Source of the DNA: an uncultured Piscirickettsiaceae bacterium
GTDB taxonomy: Bacteria; Pseudomonadota; Gammaproteobacteria; GCF-002020875
Direction: 5' to 3'
Length of the DNA: 64,000 nt
Assembly: GCA_964344135.1 (NCBI GenBank)
Contig: CAYFMF010000002.1
Coordinates: 20,015-84,014 of the forward strand
Shown: piece after piece, positions 1 through 9,348 of the stretch
How the letters are laid out: each line of letters opens with the position of its first letter
Position numbering within the stretch: the first letter of the stretch is position 1
Position numbers and translations under genes: made by a program
The notes under the pieces: generated by a model
The model's input: only the letters and a program-made list of their open reading frames with translations
Databases searched by the model: none
Told to the model about the DNA's origin: nothing

Positions 1-1278
1 ACGGCCATGTTGCAGCAGGGAGAAGCCGTTTTTCAGCGCCCCCCCCATAGCCAGAAGGGGAGGGCTCGCTTCAAAGCCACCGGGCAGTGTGACTGGGGCT
101 GGAGCCATTCCACGACCAAGGCGGAGGGTTCTGGGGGTGCCATCGACCACCTGGATTACTGAATCATCCACCCGGCTGACAATCTCGCGGTCATGGAGGA
201 GCCAGTAGTCGGCAATCCCGGCCAGCTCCCTGCGCGCCTCCTCATTGCTGATGCACTGCGGCTCACTGGCACGGTTTCCCGAGGTGAGGACGATCGGGAA
301 TTCCACCCCCTCCATCAGCAGATGGTGGAGTGGGGTGTAGGGGAGCATCAGACCAATACCCTGCTGGATGGGGGAGACTGATGGGGCAAGTGGTTCTCCC
401 CCCTGCTGCAGAACCACAATGGGGGCCGTGGAACTCACCAGCAGCTCCCGCTCAGTCGGTGAGAGGGTGCAGTAGCGTTGTGCCATCTCACAATTTCTTG
501 CCATCACGGCAAAGGGTTTGCGCCCTCGCTGTTTTCGTCTCCTCAGCTCAGCCACCACCTCCTCATTGGTTGCATCACAGGCGAGATGGACCCCCCCAAC
601 CCCCTTGATGGCGACGATCTTCCCTTTCCGGAGGAGAGTCGCGGTCTGCTCTATCGGATCCAAACCGCCCTCCCTGGACGGTGGAGTCTCTCCGGACCGC
701 TCCTCCAGCCAGAGCTGTGGGCCACATTCGGGACAGCAGTTTGGCTGTGCATGAAAACGGCGATCTTCCGGGTCGTCGTACTCCTCCTGACAGGCAGCAC
801 ACATGGTGAAGGGGGCCATTGAGCTGTTTTCCCGATCATAGGGTATGGAGCGGATGATGGAGAGCCGGGGCCCACAGTGGGTACAGTTGGTGAAGGGGTA
901 GCGGTAGCGACGGTTGTCCGGCTCCATCACCTCGTCAATGCAGTACGGGCAGCTGGCTGCATCAGCGGCCACCCCGGTTGCTGCCCTTCCCGCCGCACTT
1001 CCGGCAATGGTGAACTGCTCCGGAGGATTCGTTGTGAGTGGTGTGGTATGGATCTGCTTAATGGTGGCCAGCGGTGGTGGATCGGCCTGCAGCTGTTGCA
1101 GAAAGTGGTCGATGCGAGATTCGGTTCCCCATGCCTCGATCAGGACCCCGGCACCACCATTCCGGACAGAGCCAACCAGTTGGTTCTCTCTTGCAAGTTT
1201 CCAGACTGCGGGACGGAACCCAACCCCCTGGACGACTCCATTGATATGGATAGATCTCCCCAGTATGGCGCTCTCCAT
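1..1278 (-). CDS. hypF: Carbamoyltransferase HypF, partial (N-terminal ~426 aa; the gene runs off the window start). Manual minus-strand translation gives MERAILGRSIHINGVVQGVGFRPAVW (acylphosphatase domain), then the zinc-finger region CPYCIDEVMEPDNRRYRYPFTNCTHCGPRLSIIRSIPYDRENSSMAPFTMCAACQEEY
   Basis: My own reverse translation of 781-1278. CxxC-x18-CxxC zinc fingers and the acylphosphatase VQGVGFRP motif. ATG at 1278 lies 3 nt after the hypX stop. Not in the ORF track because no stop codon falls inside the window. Confidence 0.85.
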   Translation of the reverse strand, partial: MESAILGRSIHINGVVQGVGFRPAVWKLARENQLVGSVRNGGAGVLIEAWGTESRIDHFLQQLQADPPPLATIKQIHTTPLTTNPPEQFTIAGSAAGRAATGVAADAASCPYCIDEVMEPDNRRYRYPFTNCTHCGPRLSIIRSIPYDRENSSMAPFTMCAACQEEYDDPEDRRFHAQPNCCPECGPQLWLEERSGETPPSREGGLDPIEQTATLLRKGKIVAIKGVGGVHLACDATNEEVVAELRRRKQRGRKPFAVMARNCEMAQRYCTLSPTERELLVSSTAPIVVLQQGGEPLAPSVSPIQQGIGLMLPYTPLHHLLMEGVEFPIVLTSGNRASEPQCISNEEARRELAGIADYWLLHDREIVSRVDDSVIQVVDGTPRTLRLGRGMAPAPVTLPGGFEASPPLLAMGGALKNGFSLLQHGR

Positions 1279-1280
1279 CT

Positions 1281-2981
1281 TCAGCCGCCCGATACCCTGC
1301 GATGGATGGCGAGAGTCAGAGGGGTGCGTGATTTCGGTACCTTGTGGACAAAGTTGTAGCGGGCAATATGGTAGCTGGGGTCAGATCCATAGAAGTTCAT
1401 GCGCATCTGTTCCAGCTCCCGTTGGCGATAGTCTGCCAGCGGCTGCCGGGACTCATCCTCCGTTCTACGCTGCTGTTTGTCGTGTAACAGCTTGCTGAAC
1501 AGGGGCGGCCTGATCATCTCTCCCACCTTCTCGATGGAGTGCTCTATGAACTGCTCTCGACTGCAGCCAAAGACGGCATCCACCAGCCCCAGCCTGGTCG
1601 CCTCCGTCCCCCCCATGGGCAGACGGCTCTTCATGATCTTTTCTCCGTTTGCCTCCCCCGCATAACGGGGCAACAGATAGCTCCAGTATTCGGAGCCGTA
1701 GAGGTTGCCCATATCCCTGTAGTGGGGGTTGAGAACGACCCCCTCTCTTGCCCAGAGGTAGTCTGCGCAACGGGCGAGAAAGAGACCCCCGGCCGCCGCA
1801 TTCCCCTGGAGTGTACTGAAAGTGAGCTGGTTGTCGGTCTCAATGATCTCCAGCGCAAGGTCATCCATCGCATTGATGTTCATCCAGGACTCATCAGCAG
1901 CACGCTCGGCGGCCTCAATCTGGTTCAGATCCATTCCATTGGACCAGTACTCCTCGCCGCCGAGGAGGATAATGGCACGGGTATCCTGCTGTTTTGCATG
2001 CCGGTAGGCGGAGAGCAGCTGTTGGCACTGTTCACTTCCCATTGCGCCGTTGTGGAAGGAGAAGCGGAGCAGACCGATCTCACCCTGTTGCCGGTAGCGG
2101 ATCTCACTGAATCCGCTCTTCCCATCCAGGGTTGCAGTGGTCTCGGGCAACCCCTCAAGCTCTGCAGAGAGCACCGCTGTTGCGGGCAGCTTGAAGGGGT
2201 GGGTGCTCTCGCTGTCACGAAGTCGCCCGATCCAGACCGCCTTGCCATCGGCTGTTGCACGGCAGATGGCAGGCCCTGAGCGGGCAATGATGGCGCCAGC
2301 CTCTCCACTGAGACTGGACTCCGGGTATGCATCATGGAGGGAGAGGTTCCGGCCACCGATCCGGTCCAGCACCCCGGGGAGGCCATCCGCCGAGCGGATC
2401 TTTCTCAACACCGCCTGCTGGTCATCCCTCTTCCAGTCGATGGCCCGATCCTGTTGTGTTGCCAGTGGGTGTGCACCCCGGTGCGGCACTGCGGAGAGAG
2501 AGTGCTGTGGCTGAGGACGATGCGTGCCACTGGAGATCCGCTCAACCGCATTCATGACGGCGCTAACGGACGCCTCGACAACCTCCTGCCGGTAGATGCT
2601 GCTCTTGGCTGCCATCCGCATCGGGAACCTCTCGTGGGCCCATATATCTCCTCCATCCAGGATCTCGTTGGCCTGCAGTACAGTGACGCCCCACTCTCTC
2701 TCCCCGTTGAGGATCGCCCAATCCAGCGCCGAGGGGCCACGGTCTCCCGGCGGGCCGGGGTGGATGATCAGACAGGGTACCTTCTTCCAGATTGCCTCGG
2801 GAATGGGGCGTTTCAGGAATGGGGCAATGATCAGGGATGGCCTGAAGAGTGTTACAGCCTCTGCAGTGACCTGATCATTGATGTCAAACTCAACCGAGAG
2901 AGTATGTCCCTGCTCGGTCAGCTCGACGAACAGCCGCTGGCTCAGACTGTTGAAGCTATGGACCAGAAGGAGAATATTCAT
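1281..2981 (-). CDS. hypX: Hydrogenase maturation factor HypX/HoxX (N-terminal formyltransferase-like domain plus C-terminal enoyl-CoA hydratase/crotonase-like domain)
   Basis: 566-aa ORF. Size and two-domain architecture match HypX. Sits between hypE and hypF as in Ralstonia-type hyp clusters. Confidence 0.75.
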   Translation of the reverse strand: MNILLLVHSFNSLSQRLFVELTEQGHTLSVEFDINDQVTAEAVTLFRPSLIIAPFLKRPIPEAIWKKVPCLIIHPGPPGDRGPSALDWAILNGEREWGVTVLQANEILDGGDIWAHERFPMRMAAKSSIYRQEVVEASVSAVMNAVERISSGTHRPQPQHSLSAVPHRGAHPLATQQDRAIDWKRDDQQAVLRKIRSADGLPGVLDRIGGRNLSLHDAYPESSLSGEAGAIIARSGPAICRATADGKAVWIGRLRDSESTHPFKLPATAVLSAELEGLPETTATLDGKSGFSEIRYRQQGEIGLLRFSFHNGAMGSEQCQQLLSAYRHAKQQDTRAIILLGGEEYWSNGMDLNQIEAAERAADESWMNINAMDDLALEIIETDNQLTFSTLQGNAAAGGLFLARCADYLWAREGVVLNPHYRDMGNLYGSEYWSYLLPRYAGEANGEKIMKSRLPMGGTEATRLGLVDAVFGCSREQFIEHSIEKVGEMIRPPLFSKLLHDKQQRRTEDESRQPLADYRQRELEQMRMNFYGSDPSYHIARYNFVHKVPKSRTPLTLAIHRRVSGG

Positions 2982-2984
2982 CTA

Positions 2985-3998
2985 TCAACAGATTCGTGGC
3001 AGCTGTTCACCGGCGAGCCAGTCGATTACACGGTTTCCACCCAGGAGCGTCTCCATCTGGACAAACTGATGGGGGTCCTCGGCGACCTCGCCAATGATCG
3101 ATGCATTTTTCCCCAGTGGATGGCTCTGCATCAGTGAGAGCAGATCGGGGGCATCCACTGCCGAACAGATGCAGACCAGCTTCCCCTCATTGGCAACATA
3201 GAGCGGATCAAGTCCAAGCAGTTCACATGCCGCAGTGACGGCTGGATCTATTGGAATGGCACTCTCTCTGATTCTCATCCCAACCCCGGACTGCCGGGCC
3301 AGTTCGTTCAGGGTGGTGGCCAGCCCCCCACGGGTCGGGTCACGAAGGGCGTGGATGTTGGGGGCGGCCTGAACCATCTCCCCAATCAATCCGTGGAGCG
3401 CTGCAGAGTCCGACTGGATTGTGGTCTCAAAATCCAGATTCTCCCGACTGGAGAGGATGGCGACACCATGCTCTCCGATATTGCCGCTGATCACTATTGC
3501 ATCGCCCGGTACGGCACGATCCCCGGAGATGTTGACCCCATCCGGGATGATTCCCACCGCAGTGGTGGTGATAAAGACCCCATCCCCGCTGCCCCGTTCC
3601 ACCACCTTGGTATCTCCGGTCACTACAGGGACCCCAGCTGCTCTGGAGGCCTCAGCCATCGACCTTACAATGCTCTCCAGATCGGCCAGCGGAAAACCCT
3701 CTTCGATGATGAAGCCTGCAGAGAGGTAGAGGGGGCGTGCCCCGGACATGGCGACATCATTGAGGGTTCCGTGGATGGAGAGTGATCCGATATCTCCACC
3801 AGGAAAGAAGAGCGGGGAGATGACATGGCCATCGGTGCTGATGGACATGCGCCCCCTGGGGATGGGGAATGAGGCCTGATCATTGCCCTGGCGTAACAGC
3901 TCATTGTCAAAATGGTGGACAAAGAGCTCATCAATCAGTTGTGCCATGGCGCGTCCGCCAGCGCCATGGGTCATGTCAATTGTTTTGTGCTCCATCAT
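2985..3998 (-). CDS. hypE: Hydrogenase expression/formation protein HypE
   Basis: 337 aa with the characteristic C-terminal ...PRIC. AIR-synthase-like fold signature. 3-nt gap to the hypX start. Confidence 0.9.
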   Translation of the reverse strand: MMEHKTIDMTHGAGGRAMAQLIDELFVHHFDNELLRQGNDQASFPIPRGRMSISTDGHVISPLFFPGGDIGSLSIHGTLNDVAMSGARPLYLSAGFIIEEGFPLADLESIVRSMAEASRAAGVPVVTGDTKVVERGSGDGVFITTTAVGIIPDGVNISGDRAVPGDAIVISGNIGEHGVAILSSRENLDFETTIQSDSAALHGLIGEMVQAAPNIHALRDPTRGGLATTLNELARQSGVGMRIRESAIPIDPAVTAACELLGLDPLYVANEGKLVCICSAVDAPDLLSLMQSHPLGKNASIIGEVAEDPHQFVQMETLLGGNRVIDWLAGEQLPRIC

Positions 3999-4411
3999 CT
4001 CCAGAAAATATGGCTGCTTCCCAGCAGTGCGGTGGCAATACTGATGTCCACTGTGGCCACAGTGATCAGGGTACTGTAGTTGCCATGAGAGAGGGTTGAA
4101 AGGGTGGCTCCAGCAATGATCATAAGGGCCAAAAACAGAAAGAATCCAGGTCTGTAAAACTGCCAGATTCTGGGCTCTGTCAAAGAGGCTATTCTATCCA
4201 GGTTTCTCCTGCAATTATTGATGAAGATATATCGTGCCTTCAATACTCCAAGGGAGATTCCGCCAGCGAGAGCCAGCCATGTCCACCCCTGTTTCGGAGA
4301 GAGGAGGGCCGCCTCTGTCAGAAGGGCTCCACCTTTCAGTGCCAGAACAACCCCTCCGGTGTACCATGTGAGGGCAGCCAGAATCTTGAGAAAATTATGG
4401 GTAACGGTCAT
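3995..4411 (-). CDS. Small integral membrane protein (138 aa, about 4 predicted TM helices), unknown function, embedded in the hyp operon between hypD and hypE
   Basis: Hydrophobic ORF. Its stop overlaps the hypE start by 4 nt and it begins 13 nt after the hypD stop, implying co-translation. Confidence 0.5.
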   Translation of the reverse strand: MTVTHNFLKILAALTWYTGGVVLALKGGALLTEAALLSPKQGWTWLALAGGISLGVLKARYIFINNCRRNLDRIASLTEPRIWQFYRPGFFLFLALMIIAGATLSTLSHGNYSTLITVATVDISIATALLGSSHIFWR

Positions 4412-4423
4412 TCTGAAATCCAG

Positions 4424-5548
4424 TTACTGTTGACGGAAACGGCCATAGCTCCAGTAGGCGGCGCAGGCACCCTCGGAGGAGACCATGCAGGAGCCCATCG
4501 GGTTCTCCGGGGTGCAGGCCGCGCCAAACAGCTTGCAGTCGCTGGGCCGTTTTGCACCACGCAGAATGGAGGGGCATTCACATCCCTTGATCTCCGATGA
4601 GCTGCTCTCCGGCAGTTCAAAGCGTCTCTCGCTGTCAAAATCACGGTAGCGCCGGTTGATCCGCAGGGCACTGTAGGGGAGATCACCGAGCCCCCTCCAC
4701 TCAAACAGTGGGCGCAACTCGAAGAGCTCAGCAACCAGTGCCTGCGCCTTGCGGTTGCCCTCCCGGGTAACCACCCGGCTGTACTCATTTTCGACCTCGT
4801 AGCGCCCCGCGTTGAGCTGACGTATCAGCATCAATGTGGATTGCATCACATCCAGTGGCTCAAAGCCTGCAATGACAACAGGGCGCTGAAACTCCTCGGC
4901 AAAGAACTCGTAGGGGCGGCTCCCGATAATGGCGCTGACATGGGCGGGGCCAAGAAACCCGTCGATCGAGACCGTTCCAATCTCACGCACCTCAGGAGAT
5001 TCGAGAATGTTCTGAATCGCTGCCGGAGTGAGCAGATGGTTGCAGAAGACCGAAAAGTTCCTTATCCCCTCGTCAGATGCCTGCTGAATGGCAACCGCGG
5101 TTGGCGGGGTGGTGGTCTCGAATCCGATTGCAAAGAAGACGACCTGACGTTCGGGGTTCTCCCTGGCGATACGGAGGGCATCCTGTGTGGAGTAGACCAT
5201 GCGCACATCCCCACCTGCAGCCTTGACCTTGAGCAGACTTTTCCGGCCACTGGCCGGCACCCGCAGCAGATCTCCGTAACTGCAGAGGATGACATCCTCG
5301 TTTTCCAGCAGCTGGATGGCCTGGTCAACTCTTCCCGTTGGCAGGACGCATACAGGGCATCCGGGGCCATGGACGAACCGGACATTCTCGGGCATCAGAT
5401 CGTGGATACCATAACGGAAGATGGCGTGGGTGTGGCCACCGCAGAACTCCATCAGGTTGTATTGCCGCTCCGGATTGGACTCTTTCCGGATACGGGCAGC
5501 AAGCGTCCTTGCCAGATCACCAGAGCGGAACTCATCAATGTACTTCAT
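4424..5548 (-). CDS. hypD: Hydrogenase maturation factor HypD
   Basis: Start taken at internal MKYIDEFRSGD, the typical HypD N-terminus (the track ORF extends 18 codons upstream). CGxH and CPVC motifs present. Overlaps the hypC 3' end by 14 nt. Confidence 0.9.
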   Translation of the reverse strand: MKYIDEFRSGDLARTLAARIRKESNPERQYNLMEFCGGHTHAIFRYGIHDLMPENVRFVHGPGCPVCVLPTGRVDQAIQLLENEDVILCSYGDLLRVPASGRKSLLKVKAAGGDVRMVYSTQDALRIARENPERQVVFFAIGFETTTPPTAVAIQQASDEGIRNFSVFCNHLLTPAAIQNILESPEVREIGTVSIDGFLGPAHVSAIIGSRPYEFFAEEFQRPVVIAGFEPLDVMQSTLMLIRQLNAGRYEVENEYSRVVTREGNRKAQALVAELFELRPLFEWRGLGDLPYSALRINRRYRDFDSERRFELPESSSSEIKGCECPSILRGAKRPSDCKLFGAACTPENPMGSCMVSSEGACAAYWSYGRFRQQ

Positions 5549-5774
5549 GAGGCTTCTCACCGTCGATCTCGGCAAAGAGGGCCAGGGTGCGTCTGGCCTC
5601 ATCCTCGCTTACCCTGCTCAGTGCATACCCCACATGGAGAAGGACATAGTCTCCAATACCGACATCCTCAACCAGGGCGAGAGAGATCTCCTTCCGAACC
5701 CCATCAAGAGAGACGATTGCCGAATTGCTACCGGGGTCAATCTCTACTATTTGGGCTGGCAGGGCAAGACACAT
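5535..5774 (-). CDS. hypC: Hydrogenase assembly chaperone HypC
   Basis: 79 aa, begins MCLA(L)P. The N-terminal Cys2 is the hallmark. Confidence 0.85.
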   Translation of the reverse strand: MCLALPAQIVEIDPGSNSAIVSLDGVRKEISLALVEDVGIGDYVLLHVGYALSRVSEDEARRTLALFAEIDGEKPHEVH

Positions 5775-5791
5775 GGTGGCTGATTGTCCGG

Positions 5792-6619
5792 TTAGCGGCG
5801 GGAGTGGTGCTGATGTTGTGCAATGCCGTCTGGCTGCAACCGAGGTGTTAGTGTCTCTTCACTGGAGAGACGATCGCGATAGTGGCTGATCTCATTGCGC
5901 AGCCACTCGATCCAGCGATCCATGCCATTGCCGTCCCTGGCAGAGAGGGAGATCATCTCGGCAGGGTTGGAGAGCTGGCGCAGATAGTGTTCGGCACGAG
6001 CGGGATCAAACGCATCAAGATAGGGAAGCAGATCGGTTTTGGTCAGGAGCATCAAATGGGCCGCACGAAAGATCACCGGATATTTTGCAGGCTTGTCGTC
6101 ACCCTCGGTAACGGAGAGCAGGGTGATATTCCGGTGCTGCCCGAGGTCAAAGCTGGCCGGACAGACCAGATTTCCAACATTCTCAATAAAGAGAATGTCG
6201 AGATCATCAAGGGAGAGTTGGTGGAGTGCATCATGGACCATATGGGCATCCAGATGACAGGCACTGCCTGTTGAGATCTGGCAGGCGGGAACCCCCTTGC
6301 TGCGGATGCGGTCAGCATCATTCTCGGTCGCCAGATCTCCTTCAACCACACCGATGCGCAACTCCTCCCCAAGGAGATCAATGGTTGCCTCAAGCAGAGC
6401 GGTCTTTCCGGCTCCGGGTGAGGACATCAGGTTAATGGCAAGAACCTGATGGCGGTCAAAATGGCCCCGATTGTGGGCGGCCTGGTGATCATTCTCGTGA
6501 AGCAGCCCCTGCAGTATCTCCACCGCCTCACTCCCACTGCTGGTATGGGAGAGCTTGCCGCTCTCCATCACCAGATGTTCGTTGCCCGGTGTGATGTTGC
6601 ATCCACAGGTGTCACACAT
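5792..6619 (-). CDS. hypB: Hydrogenase nickel-incorporation GTPase HypB
   Basis: Start at MCDTCGCN (metal-binding N-terminus). P-loop GAGKT. The ATG overlaps the hypA stop (ATGTGTGA). Confidence 0.9.
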   Translation of the reverse strand: MCDTCGCNITPGNEHLVMESGKLSHTSSGSEAVEILQGLLHENDHQAAHNRGHFDRHQVLAINLMSSPGAGKTALLEATIDLLGEELRIGVVEGDLATENDADRIRSKGVPACQISTGSACHLDAHMVHDALHQLSLDDLDILFIENVGNLVCPASFDLGQHRNITLLSVTEGDDKPAKYPVIFRAAHLMLLTKTDLLPYLDAFDPARAEHYLRQLSNPAEMISLSARDGNGMDRWIEWLRNEISHYRDRLSSEETLTPRLQPDGIAQHQHHSRR

Positions 6620-6986
6620 TACTCTTCTCCATCGTTTGCTCACTCACCCTTTCGAGCTCGATACTCCTCAACAGCATCTCATCACCACTAATCAGCCGGG
6701 TTCTCCACTCGCCACAGTGGCTGCAGACCATCCGGTTGGCGGTTGCCACCCCCTTTTGGTCACATACTTTACACTCGATGGTGATTGGCATCTCCTCAAC
6801 CTCAAGCCGTGCACCGGAGGCGAAGGTGCCGGTTCGTGCAATGGTCCATGCATTGGCAAGCAGTGGAATCTCTACCCCAGAGAGAGGGCCAACCTGAATG
6901 TGTACGACCGAGACCAGCATCCCCTTCTCTCTGGCGATTGGCTCAACTTGGGAGAGGATGGATTGGCAGACAGTGAGCTCATGCAT
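6612..6986 (-). CDS. hypA: Hydrogenase nickel-insertion protein HypA
   Basis: 124 aa, MHELTVCQSIL N-terminus and C-terminal CxxC...CxxC zinc site. Confidence 0.85.
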   Translation of the reverse strand: MHELTVCQSILSQVEPIAREKGMLVSVVHIQVGPLSGVEIPLLANAWTIARTGTFASGARLEVEEMPITIECKVCDQKGVATANRMVCSHCGEWRTRLISGDEMLLRSIELERVSEQTMEKSNV

Positions 6987-7393
6987 GGTTTACCTCATTG
7001 TAGTTTTTCCGTCCTGTTGCGACAGCCTCCTAGTATTGCACTTTATCAGGGCAATAGAAAATGTTCAGATACTATCCATTCCCTGGTTGAGAAGATGACC
7101 CAAATGGGGGTAAGCTGAACGGCAAGAATGGAATGATGAGCAATATCTACAAAACCGTATTGGCCATCTGGTTGCTGGCCATCTCTCTTCAGCTCGAGGC
7201 ACATACCGGGGCAGCACATACCGGCACACTGCTGGATGGAGCAGTTCATCTCTTTACCAGCCTCGATCATCTGTTGCCACTGCTGCTTGGGGTCTGGGCT
7301 GTTTTCAGAATACTCTTTCTGCTGGGTTCATCCCCTGGTATCGAAAAAGATCGTCTGGATCGGTGATGATCTGAATGGGGGATAGAGAGCGGA

Positions 7394-8512
7394 ATGGATA
7401 GCGGAGGTCTCCCCCAGTTTCTTCCACACAACCAGCTTGAGGGTCTGCTGCACGCCCTGCAGAGCAGTGGCTACAGCACTATCGCTCCAAAGGTAGAGGA
7501 TGGGGCCATTCTCTACCGAGCCGTGGACTCCATTCATGATCTGCCACGAGGTCTCTCTGATCAGCAGTCAGCGGGCAGCTACCGTCTGAGGGATCACGAC
7601 AGCCACCTCTTTTTTGGTTGGGCCAATGGCCCCACCGCACTCAAGCCACTTCTCTTCCCTCCCCATGAGAATCTCTGGAGCGCAACAAGGACGGCCGAGG
7701 GGAGGATCGAGTTCAGCCCCTCTCTGCCCGCGGTTGCCCCACTGGCTGTACTCGGGGTGAGGGGGTGTGATTTGGCGGCAGTGGAGCGGATGGATCGCCA
7801 TTTTCTCCGTCCGGATGGAGAGGATCCATGGTATCGGGAGCGGCGTGAAAACCTTCTGCTGATTGCCGTTGACTGTACACATCCATCGGACAACTGCTTC
7901 TGTGCATCTACCGGCAGTGGGCCAGAGGCTGGTGGCGGGTATGATCTGCGACTGCATGAGCTCGGCGAGGGGTTCCTCATCAATGCCGGCACTCTGCAGG
8001 GTGAAGAGATCATGGAGAAGCTCACTCTCTCGCCGCCTCCACCGAAGCTGGTTGAGCGCTCACGAGAGGCGCTTGCGCAGGCGGGAGCCGTGCAGCGGCA
8101 GGGGATTGCAGCGGCTGATTTCCGCCCCCTCTTCACCGGACAGGAGGAGAGCCCGCAATGGGAGAGGGTTGCAGAGCGCTGTCTGGGGTGTGGTAACTGC
8201 ACAGCAGTCTGCCCCACCTGTTTCTGTCACCGTGAGGAGGAGGTTCCATCACTGGAGCTGGAGCACAGTGTCCACCAGCGGGCCTGGGACTCCTGCTTCA
8301 CTGCAGAGCACAGCATGATTCATGGACGGCCGGTGCGTGCGGGGATCCGTGAGCGTTACCGTCAATGGCTGACCCACAAGCTGGCAGGGTGGCATGATCA
8401 GTTTGGGGAGAGCGGCTGTGTTGGGTGTGGACGCTGCATCACCTGGTGCCCAGTTGGAATCAACCTGGTTGAGGAGTCCTCAACATTTGCCAGCTCGGTG
8501 GAGGGGGGTTGA
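7394..8512 (+). CDS. Cytoplasmic [NiFe]-hydrogenase FeS (beta) subunit, sulfhydrogenase HydB / anaerobic sulfite reductase AsrA-like, with two CxxCxxCxxxCP ferredoxin motifs
   Basis: 372 aa. Motifs CLGCGNCTAVCP and CVGCGRCITWCP. First gene of a four-gene beta-gamma-delta-alpha unit typical of group 3b hydrogenases. Confidence 0.7.
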   Translation: MDSGGLPQFLPHNQLEGLLHALQSSGYSTIAPKVEDGAILYRAVDSIHDLPRGLSDQQSAGSYRLRDHDSHLFFGWANGPTALKPLLFPPHENLWSATRTAEGRIEFSPSLPAVAPLAVLGVRGCDLAAVERMDRHFLRPDGEDPWYRERRENLLLIAVDCTHPSDNCFCASTGSGPEAGGGYDLRLHELGEGFLINAGTLQGEEIMEKLTLSPPPPKLVERSREALAQAGAVQRQGIAAADFRPLFTGQEESPQWERVAERCLGCGNCTAVCPTCFCHREEEVPSLELEHSVHQRAWDSCFTAEHSMIHGRPVRAGIRERYRQWLTHKLAGWHDQFGESGCVGCGRCITWCPVGINLVEESSTFASSVEGG

Positions 8513-9348
8513 TGGAGGCTTCAGACCGAATTCCAATGGAGGCCGAGATTGTTGAGCGGCGGCAGGAGAGCAGTTCGGTCTTTACCCTGCGTCTGCGTCT
8601 GCTGGATGAGCGTCATCGGCGCCAATACCGGTTTGAGCCCGGGCAGTTCAACATGGTCTATCTGCATGGTGTCGGAGAGGTGGCGATCTCCATCGTCTCC
8701 GATGACAGAAACAGTCACCTGCTGGACCACACCATTCGTGGAGTGGGACGGGTCACAAAGGGGCTGGAACAGCTTCAGCAGGGGGATGTGATCGGGCTGC
8801 GTGGCCCCTTTGGGCGCGGCTGGCCGATGGAGCAGGCGAGAGGTCGTGACATTGTGGTTGTAACCGGTGGGGTAGGGTGTGCCCCGGTGGTCTCCGCACT
8901 GTCGCATATCAAGCGTCGCCGAAAGCGGTATGGCCGTGTGGCCATTGTGGAGGGGGTGCGCCACTGCAGTGACCTGATCTATTCGGACCGCTTTGAGCGC
9001 TGGCAGAGAATGGAGGATACCCAGGTACTTCTCTGTACCAGCGAGCCCTCTGCCCCCTGGCCCTGGCATACCGATCGGGTAACGGAGCATCTCGATGAGA
9101 TGGAGATCGACCCCTCAAGGGCCACTGCACTGCTCTGTGGTCCGGAGGGGATGATGACCTCGGCGGCAGTTGCACTTGAGCGATTGGGGGTGGACTCTCC
9201 ATCCATCTGGCTCAGTATGGAGCGCAACATGCAGTGCGGGGCAGGCTATTGTGGCCACTGTCAGATCGGCAGCCGCTTTGTCTGCAGGGATGGCCCGGTC
9301 TTTAACTGGACGGAGATCCGTGACCTGCTTGCGGTCAGGGGGGCATGA
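8512..9348 (+). CDS. Hydrogenase gamma subunit: FAD/NAD(P)-binding oxidoreductase (PyrK/HydG-like) with a C-terminal 2Fe-2S Cys cluster
   Basis: About 278 aa. C-terminal CGAGYCGHCQ. TGATG overlap with the upstream gene and ATGA overlap with the downstream gene. Confidence 0.7.
   Translation: MEASDRIPMEAEIVERRQESSSVFTLRLRLLDERHRRQYRFEPGQFNMVYLHGVGEVAISIVSDDRNSHLLDHTIRGVGRVTKGLEQLQQGDVIGLRGPFGRGWPMEQARGRDIVVVTGGVGCAPVVSALSHIKRRRKRYGRVAIVEGVRHCSDLIYSDRFERWQRMEDTQVLLCTSEPSAPWPWHTDRVTEHLDEMEIDPSRATALLCGPEGMMTSAAVALERLGVDSPSIWLSMERNMQCGAGYCGHCQIGSRFVCRDGPVFNWTEIRDLLAVRGA

Noticed and set aside
1539-2279. 246-aa plus-strand ORF (and several shorter ones) inside hypX on the opposite strand
   Set aside because: Antisense frames in high-GC DNA with low-complexity, Arg/Pro/Gly-rich translations. 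The minus-strand HypX reading gives a coherent two-domain protein.
7190-7245. Possible sigma-54 -24/-12 element (GGCAC...GC) in the hypA / hydrogenase intergenic region
   Set aside because: GG-to-GC spacing and flanking bases do not fit TGGCAC-N5-TTGC in any register.
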